A stretch of DNA of 51,216 bases, counting the filler, from Catajapyx aquilonaris (lineage: Eukaryota), in assembly GCA_000934665.2 (NCBI GenBank). It is 2 parts of 2 records of this genome, joined end to end, with 100 filler letters (N's around TTAATTAATTAA, not from the genome) between each part and the next. Parts side by side here need not be neighbours in the genome. Positions count along the whole stretch, not along the records: positions 1 to 25,581 come from JYFJ02005349.1; 1 more part is not named here. One strand, 5' to 3'. The notes beneath the pieces are model-generated. The model saw only the letters and a program-made list of their open reading frames with translations. It did not search any database and had not been told where the DNA came from. Each line of letters starts with the position of its first letter. The stretch's first letter is position 1. The position numbers and the translations under genes were made by a program. Of the stretch, positions 1-11,180 are shown one piece after another.

Positions 1-286
1 GGTGGCGTTCATTACGATACATAAGGTGTATGCGGTGCATGTCAGCCGGACGGTGGGCCGTGCGGCCGTGGGCCATTGTGTGGGTTCCGGAATTTATTCC
101 GGAAGCCACACCACATGTACCGAAGTCGGACGGTCGCGTGGTCGGACGGTCCGAGTCGTGGTTTGAGACCACAGCAGCTGGTAGTGCAATAGCTAATAGG
201 CCAAAGTACTAACTTGACCTTTTGGCCCAGACATTACAAAATGAGACGACAAGATAAATACAAAGCGACACTGCAAAAGTGCATCA

Positions 287-767
287 AGGCCATTTCACCT
301 AAGAAAAAATCGCGCTGCAAACGGCGCGCGTTGCGGCATATTTGTCGCATCGCCTCGGTTTGGCGCGTGTGCAAACACAAAAAGAGCTGCGACACGACTG
401 ACGACTAGCGACAAGTCTGGGAAACTAAAGACGCGGCTCACCCGAATTCCGGAAAGCCGATGTCAATACTCAATAGCCTTGGAATAGCCGGTCAAGAGGC
501 AGAGGGGCAGAGAGGGGGAGTGTATCAATGGAGTAGCGCATCTGCGCATGATCATAGCAGTCACGTGACCGACAACCACGACTCCCTATTGGCTGCGTCA
601 TATTCAACGCGCGACAAATTCTGGCTGGCCAGTTCTTGCACTGCGGGATATTTGTCGCGCGACAAACTCCGACGCGCGGCAAAAATTTTATGTGAACTGC
701 ACTGCGACGCGTTGGCCGACGCGTTTGCCGCTTGACGCTGCCGCAAAATCTTTTTGTGAAATGGCCT
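287..767. mobile_element. MITE, PIF/Harbinger-like
   Basis: Perfect 12-bp TIR AGGCCATTTCAC (287-298) / GTGAAATGGCCT (756-767); 3-bp TSD TCA at 284-286 and 768-770; internal GCGAC/GTCGC-rich subterminal repeats; no coding capacity. Confidence 0.8.
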
Positions 768-1465
768 TCAGACTTATTGTAGTACCAGGATCAGCGGCGT
801 AGGGAGGGGGAGGGGGTTGGGGGAAGTTGTAACCCTCCCCGCCCTGGACTCAAAAAATATAGTTCAAATCAGCTATTTTAAGGTATAAAACCGCACCTTC
901 GCAAATATTGTATGTGGTGGATGATGTAAGTCATATATTCCAAATGGAAAATAACTGTAACGTGATAAGACATCCCGAATTTTCCGGGGCAGTCTCGAAT
1001 TTTCATCCTTTGTCCCTGATTTTCAAGTGCCATCCATTTGTCCCGGATTCGGCCAAACTGTCACAGTTAGAGCTAGTGTTGTAAAGGCCAGGGAAAACCT
1101 GATTTTCCGTTTTTTCCTAGGAAAATTGGGGTTTCTCTCGTTTTTTTTACAAAGACCCAGATTTTTAACAGAAAATCTGCATAGATTATGTTTCAAATAT
1201 TTAACACATAAAATGGTGAGATCAAAGCTCTCACAATCATAAAATATTTCCATTTTTTGTGATGTAGGCTATTCCAACTTACCAGTACAAAAATTGAAAA
1301 ACTAATTTAGCATACAGTTTCTGGACATCAGTATGCCCATCACTACTGCTTGTGTCACCTTTTTTTTGTTAGAATCAGATTCCACCACAGTAAAAGTGCA
1401 ACAAAGCAGGGTTTTTTCAAAATTTTAAAATTACTTCTCATCGTGACCCATTTCTTGTAGGCTAA

Positions 1466-2230
1466 TTAGTCCGGACGTTAAGGGATTCAACCGTGCATTT
1501 GGTGAAAAAAGCATGAAATTTGGTACAAATGTCCCTGAGATCATACTCTTCAAATTCAGATATAGCGCCACGCCCGTTTTCGCCCAGGAGGCGCGTAATT
1601 GCGGGTTGGCTACCCTTCAGAGAAGTAAAAAGTCTTTTTAAAGTCGCTGTAGCTACGAAAATAAGGACTCTACGTGGAAAAGGTACTTCATAATTTTTGT
1701 AGAGTACATGTTTCTGTACAACCTTTGTTTGGCACCTTTCCTCCTGAGAAGCGTAGTTCGCTCAGAAAAGACCTTTAACTGGCTTCAAGGTAGCCAACCG
1801 GCAATTACGGGCCTCCGGGGCGAAAACGGCCGTGGCGCCAGATCTGGATTGGAGGAGTATGGTCTCAGGGACATTCCTACAAAATTTCACCAATGCACGG
1901 TTTACTTTTTTTTCGTCCCTTAATTTGGTTCAAGTCGCTGTAGCTTCGAAAATACTGGCCGTACGTGGAAAAGTTACTCTATACTTTCTGTAGGATACAT
2001 GTTTCCCCACAACATTTGTTTGGCACATATCCGCCTAGGAAGCATAGTTCGCTCAGAAAAAGACTTGTCACTCGCTTCAGTGTAGCCAACCTGCCTCCTG
2101 GGCGAAAACGGGCGTGGCGCCATATCTGAATGTGAAGAGTATGCTCTCAGGGACATTTGTACCAAGTTTCATGCTTTTTTTCACCAAATGCACGGTTGAC
2201 CCATTATTCGTCCCTTAACGTCCGGACTAA
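1466..2230. mobile_element. Non-autonomous DNA element with long inverted ends and internal duplication (superfamily uncertain)
   Basis: Perfect 20-bp TIR TTAGTCCGGACGTTAAGGGA / TCCCTTAACGTCCGGACTAA, inverted similarity continuing >100 bp; internal block ~1640-1920 repeated at ~1932-2215 (AAGTCGCTGTAGCT...CACCAA(A)TGCACGGTT). Confidence 0.75.
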
Positions 2231-3818
2231 ATGTCGAATATGGAGTTTGACTACAACTTGTACTATAATTATTATAATTATATTCCATGCACACATTTTT
2301 CTGGTATTTATACCTTGAATATATTACGCTCTTTGTATATACAATATTTCAGCCAATTCCCAAAGAGTCTGTTGGGTCATTTGCAAGTTGTAATTATCTT
2401 GCATTTTCATCTTGCATAAACTATCTTGCATTTTCATTTAAATAACTGGCAGATGTCAATAAACTGGATATGGATATAATGTTTTGGATGATTTTGGATG
2501 TGTAAAGGACATGGCACAAAATGTATGGCCCAGTGGCCTTCCGTTCAATTTGCCTGAAAATTGGATATGTTGTATACCAACTTGCCCCGCCCTTTAAATC
2601 TTCACACGTGCGAATGATTCGGATGGCGTATTATTGCACATTTTCCGGGCCCTTATTCTGCCACCCTGTTGGGGTAAAGGGTGTCGTCGTCGGAGCAATT
2701 GTCGTGTGCCATGTTGACCGACATGATGTACATAATACACATATCCTGCACATAAAAATGCGATTGAAGCCAAATAAAAATTCGTCGGATTGTCGGAAAG
2801 ACGACGAGGATTTACGTATTGTTTGACCCGGTTGTGGAAATTCATCCCTATTACAGCATAAAACAGTGCTAGCAGCAAGAAAAAGAATTTATCAAATTGG
2901 AACAATGCGATCTCCGAGAAATGCACTCGCACTTGTATGGCGGTAGTCGATTTTTGTCGCACACCAGACCAGTAGTTTGAAAAGATTTTTTTTGCGGAGA
3001 CGAGGATGCAGCAGCGTAACTGCAATTATGATAAATAGCGTTATTGTAGTACACTTCAGACACCTGCAGATTTGAGACCCCAATTTTTCCCAAATATAAG
3101 TGACTTTATTCTACATGTTCAAGGTCGACCTTGAGAGACAAGAATGTGCCAATAACCCGAAATAACCCGTACACGTTAGATTAAGATTTAGCTATCACTG
3201 GAGCCAGAGGGTCCCAGAGACCTCGATAGCGCGGGTGACAGACTCTAACGAGGGAGGGCTGGCCCGGGGCAAGCGTGTATCGCCCTCAGTCAGTATCGAT
3301 ATTTCAAGGGAAGGAATGACGACCACGACGTGAAAAAGGCCGCACGTGTTAGGTTACGATGCATTGATAACAGTGACCAGTGGCTCCCAGAGACCTGAAA
3401 AGGGCAGCCGGAGAACTCTGAAGAGCTAGGGCGGCCCCGGGGCAGACGTCTGCGATTTTATCGCATCACTCAACACGGCGGCCAGCTTATTATCGCCTTC
3501 TTTTTCACCCAACATTTCCTCAAGCCTCTGAGGGGAATTTTAACTACTTTTACTAATGTTTACCAGTAGGCCCATGCCAGAAGGCTTGGCGATTATAATA
3601 TGATGCATATTGTGTCATAAAACCTTTGCCCTTTGCCAAAACGACATGGCCTAGCAAGTAGAATAGGCAGCAGCGCCTGATCCCATCCATGATTCTGTCA
3701 GCAGGAAACAATGGTTTACCGAATGCCCCCCTTTGCCCACCACCTCCTCTCAACCATCTGGTCTCCACCTCTTGTTACGTACGTTAGCATATCAATTCTA
3801 TCGTCGCGCCTTCCGACG

Positions 3819-4040
3819 GGAGTACCTGGAAATACCAAGGAGTACCAAGGAGTACTGAGGAGTACTGAGGAGTACCGAGGAGTACCTGGGAGTACCTGGG
3901 AGTACCTGGGAGTACCGAAGAGTACCAAGGAGTACCAAGGAGTACCAAGGAGTACCGAAGAGTACCAAGGAGTACCAAGGAGTACCAAAGGAGTACCGAA
4001 GAGTACCACTGCAGGTGTACACCGGAGTACCGAAGTGATT
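3819..4040 (+). repeat. 10-bp minisatellite (GGAGTACCAA/GGAGTACCGA/GGAGTACCTG), ~20 units, ending in a transposon-like terminus
   Basis: Clear 10-bp period; distal end CACTGCAGGTGTACACCGGAGTACCGAAGTG matches the reverse complement of 28005-28040. Confidence 0.9.
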
Positions 4041-4046
4041 ACCCCC

Positions 4047-5111
4047 TTGCTAAGAGATCAATAAGAGATACTTTCTGGAGAATCGGGAATAGCACCTGCT
4101 GATATTAGGTCCAATGCCCATGTAACAATAAATGAGGGAAAAAAGGGTCATCCGGGGGAAACAGGCTGTTCTGGTGTTCGCTGGAGGGTTTCACATGAGG
4201 TCACTAGCTGCCAAACCACAGGCCCAATCCGTTGGAACTGGACAGACCCGGGTGTGTCAATAAATAGGCCTTCTGGTCTGTTCATTGTTGGCCGCAGTTG
4301 GCGCAACCGAGACAGGTCAACAGGCAGCGTTGTTTAGTTACCAGTAAATAAATAGTTCTTGTAGAGTCCAAAGAGTTCTGCTATTATATAATATAATACC
4401 TAGAGGAGGTACTCCCTATCCTTTTCCATTAGACAGGCTGAGGCAGCCGCCATCTTGTTGGAGGTCATATTGTTGTTCTAACAGTTGTCTAGCAACTGGG
4501 ACAACAACCAATAATGACAACTGGGCGACAATTAGTTCAATAATGTCAGGCGTCCGCCATCTTGTTGGAGGTCATATTGTTGCCTGCATTGTTGCCTGCC
4601 TCACATTTCAGGCCGAGTACCTCCTCTAGGTGTATATATAATATAGCAGAACTCTTTGGTAGAGTCAGGACCAGGACATGCGTTACTCAAGGGGCCTGTT
4701 TGAGGGCCGCCCAAGGGCTTCTAGGGTTCTAACAGTACAGTCTGCATTGGGCATTCTCTCATTAGTTGGTACATGTATGGGCATTGGACCTAATATCAGC
4801 AGGTGCTAAGACTGGTAACTAAACAACGCTGCCTGTTGACCTGTCTCAGTTGCGCCAACTGCGGCCAACAATGAACAGACCAGAAGGCCTATTTATTGAC
4901 ACACCCGGGTCTGTCCAGTTCCGACGGATTAGACCTTTGGTTTGGCAGCTAGTGCCCTCATGTGAAACCCTCCAGCGAACACCAGAACAGGCCTGTTTCC
5001 CACGGATGACCCTTTTTTCCCTCATTAATATTGTTACATGGGCATTAGACCTAATATCAGCAGGTGCTATTCCCGATTCTCCAGAAAGAGCCAGAAAGCA
5101 TCTCTTAGCAA
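4047..5111. mobile_element. Foldback element with ~275-300-bp inverted arms
   Basis: 4071-4345 is the near-exact reverse complement of 4811-5088; outer TTGCTAAGAGAT / ATCTCTTAGCAA extend the symmetry; no TSD identified. Confidence 0.8.
4369..4658. mobile_element. MITE, P-element-like, nested in the foldback
   Basis: TIR CAAAGAGTTCTGCTAT...CCTAGAGGAGGTACTC (~45 bp, imperfect inside); 8-bp TSD GTAGAGTC at 4361-4368 and 4659-4666; CANRG terminus plus 8-bp TSD is typical of the P superfamily. Confidence 0.8.
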
Positions 5112-6978
5112 CGACATGCTTATAAACAAGCAGCTTGCGCGATTTTTCCAATAACTACTGGTGCCACAGAGTTGGATCACCCTGTATATATATATATATC
5201 CACACACATACAGGTCGGGCAACTAGCCCCCTTATGGCGTAGATCTCTAGAGTCCCACCCGGCGCGGCGGCTTCTCACCACAGTGCATGGGGCGACACCC
5301 CTCACTGCGGCGAAAATTATTAATATTAATTGAGAACGGATCATGAGAACGTGGATGCTCCCACTCCCCAACCTCCCCCACTAGCTTACAAGATGGAGAG
5401 CTCCGGGTTAGAGCACTTTTAAAAAACGGGACAAAAGCGCCACAAACTCAAGCGATGCGGCACGCTCTCTAACTACTGATGAGCCTCTCCTTGCCTCTCG
5501 AAACTTCGAAAGTCACGGGGGTCGGAGGGAGAAACCTATGTGAAAAAAACGGAGTTGCACTGGGGTGCTTCTACCACCTAGCAGGCATGCAGTGCAATAT
5601 GCCAGAGCAGAGAGGCCTTCAGAGCAGTCCGCGGCATTTTTACCTACACGAAAGAACCTTAAATATGAAACTCGCGGTATATAGTCTACATACCTACGCT
5701 ATACATATGGGAGGGGCTCGTACGTGAGTGTATCTACACGTAACATCCCGTGTACATGTCACATTTTTTTACTGCTGCTACGGAACATAGTAAGCCTGCA
5801 GTAAGCTACTCCCCAATGATTTGTGTTGCATTTACTTTTCCAATGGAAACTCATCATATTATGTTTCCTATGTAATCAATAGCCGCATATGAAGTAGTGC
5901 GGTAAATGATATAGGCTATGATTGAAAATGCTGAGAAGACATCGGATGTATGGCATCATGTTCGCATCGGAGAGCCACATACATTTGGACGATTTCTTCT
6001 GCGAGAAAATCTCCCCTATAGCATAGACCGTAGATTGAACAGGCTGTACACATGGATTTTTGTATATTAAAAGTACCCTGGTCGAAAAAGGAGAACATCC
6101 CCGTACTTTGTCGTGGTATTCCTGTTCTTAGAACATTTCGTTGACCTAAGCACTATACACTTGCTGCTATTTCAGGCACTAAATATTTAAAGAGCGACCT
6201 CAGCCCTCAGGTAAATACTTTACTTACGGTATTATCCAGTCCCTAGTCATAAAACATTGATCGATAAAAACAGAGTTGAAATAACCAAATGCAGGGCAAA
6301 AGCTCGAGTGTTTATATTTTCAAAGCGAGGTATATGAGTAGCCTATACTCGCTAACGTTATCCATCCCTACCATTAATATTTCGGCGTAATAGCCTGACT
6401 ATGTCATGCATTGTCGTACAGGCCTGCTGCTATTGTTAATGCAAACAATAGGCCATCACAAACTAATTAGTAAGTTGACTGACAGCAAACTTCACCAACA
6501 GGATAAAGCCGAATCTAGTCAACCATGTCGTTCCCTGGCTCTGCATGTATGGGATCCACTATAATAATAGTGATTAACGATACTTTCTTGACGAAATATG
6601 TGGGCCGGTAGAATGGAAACAGGGCCAATAGAAAGTTGTCACATAAGTTAGTCTTACTGAAGTTATAACATTAGTAACCACAATGACCCTCATGACATAC
6701 CAATATCTCTGGCTAGAATATACTGTAGTAGTCTACTGTACACGTCAATATACGACAGGTGGTTTCAGATTGGCTGCTTTTAGACAGGTTTATCCAAGCA
6801 CCCTAATCCGTATCCCTTTCCGCAATTAATTTCTATAAAGACAAGGTGGTATAGGAAGAGGTGGCCGGATGAAACATTAATCTCGGAGGCGGAAATCCAA
6901 TAAGAGATGGAAACAAGGTAATTCGTCTTGAGGGGACAGAATAGCACAAAAACAGCCCACTGCTGGGACCTCACTTAC

Positions 6979-7010
6979 AACGGACGCTGCAAAGTCCATT
7001 GCACCACCCG
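6979..7010 (-). CDS. Candidate 32-nt micro-exon (unverified)
   Basis: Minus strand CTTTCAG|CGGGTGGTGCAATGGACTTTGCAGCGTCCGTT|GTAAGTGAG; consensus donor, weak polypyrimidine tract; open in all three frames. Confidence 0.2.
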
Positions 7011-7166
7011 CTGAAAGGTATCCTACACTCTTGTCGTGCTTCATATCAATAATATTATCGTTGGGAAACAGTACCGGTTCTTACGCACACATTTAAAAAA
7101 AAAGTCCTCATAAACTACGCTATAATAAGGAATGCGATATACTATATGTGTGTGAGTGTGTGGGTG

Positions 7167-7488
7167 TGTTCGTGCGCTCAATTTGCTGTGGGGACGGAAA
7201 TGGGAGTTTTTCCTGTGACTGTGGGGACGTCCTCCATTTGTGGGGACATTTTGCGTCCCCACAACCCAACTCACGAGAGCATTACCGTTATTCAGGGGAC
7301 ATGTCCCCACAGGTTTGTTGTGCAGGGTTTTACAAAAGTCCATATCTCTCAGCCTAGGTTCATTAGGGTAGGGTAGGTTAGGTAGAATTGGTTAGGTTAG
7401 GTTAGGTTAGGTTATGTTAGATCAGTTTACACTAGCAGTGAAAAGTGATCAATGTCCTTCCCCAGAGCTTATTGAACGCAAACATGGG
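7167..7488. mobile_element. Non-autonomous DNA element with (GGTTA)n tract inserted in a (TG)n microsatellite
   Basis: Imperfect ~30-bp TIR TGTTCGTGCGCTCAATTTGCTGTGGGGACGG / CCTTCCCCAGAGCTTATTGAACGCAAACA; repeated GGGGAC/GTCCCC motifs; GGTTA run 7376-7415; (TG)n on both flanks. Confidence 0.65.
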
Positions 7489-7700
7489 TGTGTGTGTGTG
7501 TGTGTGAGGCATTCCACGTCAAGCGGGACACTTTCCGACAAATCTTTGAGGACCTTGACCAAAATTTAGTGACATGCACTACTCATCGACCTATGCAGGA
7601 ATCCAAATTATTATACCTCTGCGTTGTGTGGTTTCATAACTACAGGGTGTCAAATGTGCCCATCTTCGAGCATTTTTGCTACGTTCGCTGTGATTTAGAT

Positions 7701-8335
7701 GGCCATATCTCCTAGAAGGTCAGGTCAAATGTTACATTTGATATGTCAATTGGAAACGTAGTTTTACGATCTATGAGATTGTCATACTAAACATTTAAGA
7801 ATCCAAAAATTTAAAATCAAATATGGCGCCCAAAACATTGATTTTGTTATTGGTCATGAATGGACCCCTACGATTTCTTTTGAATGGCACTTAAAATGAC
7901 AAGGGCAAGGTTTACTTCACATTTCCGAAAAATCTGGAGAACCCTTTTTCGACATTTGCCGACAATAATAACTTTTTTGGTTCCAAACGCCTCCCGTAAG
8001 TGTAGTCACCTCATTTGGAGGACCATAGCTAGGAGAAAGTCAGGTCAAATCTTATATTGAATGTGCGTATTCGGAAGGTATTTTTATGCCCCAGGAGATG
8101 GTCATACTCAAAGTGGAAAAATTCCAAAACTCTAAATAAAAAATGACGGCCGATTTTTGATTTTGATATTGATCAATAATCGACCCCTACGATTTCTTTT
8201 GAATGGCACTAAAAATGATCAGGGTAATGTTTACTTGAGATTTCCGCAAAATCTGGAGAACACTTTTTTGATAATTGCCAAATATAAAAACATTTTAGTG
8301 GCGAGACACATACCGTAAATGTAGTCACCTCAATT
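7701..8335 (+). repeat. Diverged tandem duplication (~320-bp unit x2), probably transposon-internal
   Basis: Shared blocks GTCAGGTCAAAT, GACCCCTACGATTTCTTTTGAATGGCACT, AAAATCTGGAGAAC, GTAGTCACCTCA recur at ~320-bp offset. Confidence 0.8.
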
Positions 8336-8636
8336 ATCAATCAAATTAAGTTACTCCAAATTTGTTGCGTTAAAAATTCATGCTACACATAGCGAGAATG
8401 TCTGATTCCAGCACTCTACATAAATATAATACAGTAAATACCTACAGTATTTCGTCTCAGTTAACTTTATGAGACTTGTCTTCGTAGTATGTCACTAAAA
8501 TCGGTATTCATTAATTATTCCGAGGCGCGCCGGGTAACCTGCTAGTAGTATATGTTTATTGAGTTTTGACCACTCCCACTAGATGAAAAAAAATCTCCAA
8601 AAAAGGCCTCACTTTCAGCCCGTTCCAAAATTTCAT

Positions 8637-9139
8637 GAGGAGGCACATAATATATGGGCGAGTGGCCTTCCGTTCGATTTGCCTGAAAATTGGATATGTT
8701 GCAGCCCAGACCATCCTGATCAATGTTGGATAGGGACATTTCGAGGTAGGACCTACAGGGAGCATGCTAATTGCTATTCATCGAAGAGGCTAGAAGACTG
8801 CTGTGAGAAAAACCTCGCTTCCTTACATTGACCCAATGAATGTTGAAGTGCACCTGGAGGAAACTCCAGATGACAGCCTTCAAGGAGTAGAATTTGAACC
8901 AGATGAATAGGTAATAAAGATTAATAGATATAATTTAATGCAATAACCATTGAGTTCCTGAGACTTACTGTAGTCTACTACTCCCCCTATTACTTGCGGA
9001 GGTCATTAGCATGCTCCCTGTAGGTCCTACCTCAAAATGTCCCTATCCACCATTGATCAGGATGGTCTGGGCCACAACATATCCAATTTTCAGGCAAATC
9101 GAACGGAAGGCCACTCGCCCATATATTTTGTGCCTCCTC
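8637..9139. mobile_element. MITE with ~135-bp TIRs, Sola-like GAG terminus
   Basis: 8637-8771 is the near-exact reverse complement of 9005-9139 (GAGGAGGCAC...GTGCCTCCTC); no clear TSD; related fragment at ~2533-2573. Confidence 0.75.
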
Positions 9140-9179
9140 CTTTGATAATTATACAGCGTTATGGTATTGGAGTGCACAG

Positions 9180-9463
9180 CTGGGTTCAGTGGGGCTTAAC
9201 GTCGGCCTATTTCTGCATCTAAGGCTCAACACCGACGCCAGGGGGTGGTCCTCCTCCTGGAAATTTGGCCACTCTGGGATCTTTAACGTGCACTCGCGCA
9301 ATGTCACAAGCACACGGGACCGACGGCTTTACTTCCCCTCCGAAGGAAGGCGCACTCTCACTTTTCTACCACCCGGAGAAAAGTCACCGACCTCGGCCGG
9401 GTTTGAACCCACAACCTTGGGACCAGAGGCGAGCGCGCTAACTACTAGTCCACCAAGCCTCGG
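9180..9463 (-). mobile_element. tRNA-derived SINE with Deu/Nin-like central domain
   Basis: Minus strand head GGCTTGGTGGACTAGTAGTTAG (A box) and GGGTTCAAACCC (B box), then CCTTCCTTCGGAGGGGAAGTAAAGCCGTCGGTCCCG...GCACGTTAAAGATCCC resembling the Deu/Nin SINE core as I recall it; 3' boundary approximate. Confidence 0.8.
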
Positions 9464-11147
9464 ATCGAGCCTCGGATCCCATATGGGGTTAGCCGTGATG
9501 CTAGCACTACACCACCATGGCGCACCTGTATACCAGTGGTATTGAGCCCGATTGTCGATTACGACTCTGGCAATTAACCCAATTAGCACCAGCTATGATT
9601 CTTTCAGTTACCTTGCCGCTAATCGCCGTCACGGAAGGAATGCACAAGGCCTACTCGTAATTCTGGGAATTCGGCACCAGATCATTATCGAAGTGGACCG
9701 CTATACTAGCACCTAAATTCGCGGTCAATCAACCCCGCAGTCAACTGCGTGGAAAGAAGAAAATGAGCGCGGCACCCAATTCGGCGTGAAGGTGTAAGCG
9801 ACAATAATTGATCCGTGCTGTACACCTACTCTACTCCACTTACCCTCCCTCATAACGATTGAATGCATCTAGTCTCTGATCAGACCTTATTACAGCCTTG
9901 CCACGACAAACTATCCTGATAACAACAGAGGCACTGTATTATTAATTTTCTAAGCAGCGCAGCGGTCTCACGTGAGCAGAAAATGGTAATCCGTAGATAT
10001 GCAATGCTACAGTATAAAAAATTTATTGCATTCACTATGCAACTAAGGCAGAAACATACCCTTTTTAGTCAAGTTAAGATGTCTGTCGAAATATCTGCTT
10101 CCTCACAATACGCGTATAATAGGCCTACTAGATGTTCCCTAATATTAGTTGGTGGCACAGCAAATTTTATTGCGGTGTTACGTTGAATACGACTATACAT
10201 AAATTATCTTATATCATTTTGTAATATCGTGTGCTTTCATATCATTTGAGTTTGGCATCTGCAAAATTGACGCGTGCAAGATCAATCACGCAACGAGATT
10301 ATAAGTGACTGAAAGGTACAATAAGTTGCAGCTTATAAGCAATGCTGTAGTTCTTGATGGGTCAATATTTTTCTTAAGCAAGACATTAATCCTCTTTTGA
10401 AGGGAAAATATTATGCACACTAAGGTGATTTTTCAACGCACTATATTATGAGTTCATAACATTCTTGGTAGCATTTGGAACTGTCGGAAAGGTGGAGGCC
10501 ATTGTATCATATCCTCAGACACCATTCCGGAAATGAAAATGCCACGACCTTTTTTCCCTCGGCGACATTATGGGTGGCACAAGTGACATTTTCGCTACGG
10601 TTAAGTGTAGTCGATAACAGGATCTCGTAAAAGCTATTATGCCATCCCTGCAAAAAGTTTGTATCAAATATGCAAATACCCTTCATCGATTATTCTAATC
10701 AAGATTCAACGGGTTTGTCACCTTACTTTTCTCCTTATTGTATTCTAATTGCGTGGAACCAATAAACAGCACCTAGATAAGAAATATACATACATCAGAT
10801 CATGCAGTAGCTGGTACTCGCTAGTTATTCTTCTCCAAACGTGCAAAATACCTGCTGCGCAGTACACTTTCTTTCTGCACCGCCATGAATATTTTATCAT
10901 TACGAGCTCATGCTAGACCCTGCCGGAATGTCGATAATGCTTGCTTAAAAGACACAACATACGAGACATGTGCACACCTACTAACCACACACACACACGG
11001 GCGCGCGCACGCACGCACGCACGTAGAGCATGTCTACAACCAATTAGGATGTCCACAAGGTCTCCATATTTGTTATCCATAGAGGCACTGTTTGCTGACA
11101 TTCATGCATATCATACTTACTGCACACATGGGACAGCAAAATCTTAC

Positions 11148-11180
11148 CTCGTCATTGTAAAAATGGTCGTCGTCGCCCAT
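11148..11180 (-). CDS. Candidate first coding exon, MGDDDHFYNDE (unverified, gene unidentified)
   Basis: GTCATGG strong Kozak context, in-frame TAA 11 codons upstream, 11 codons ending at consensus donor GAG|GTAAGA (phase 0); apparently non-repeat sequence upstream. Confidence 0.3.

Noticed and set aside
3711..4064. Repetitive ORFs (STKEYQGVPR...) and possible CRISPR-like periodicity
   Set aside because: Translations of a 10-bp minisatellite; no unique spacers and no cas genes.
7376..7415. TTAGG run as interstitial telomere
   Set aside because: Short and internal to a TIR element; such tracts are common in DNA transposons.
9380..9463. tRNA-like sequences here and at ~21405, ~24565, ~46430
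   Set aside because: Pol III A/B boxes continue into SINE bodies and tails (two with TSDs); no complete cloverleaf seen.
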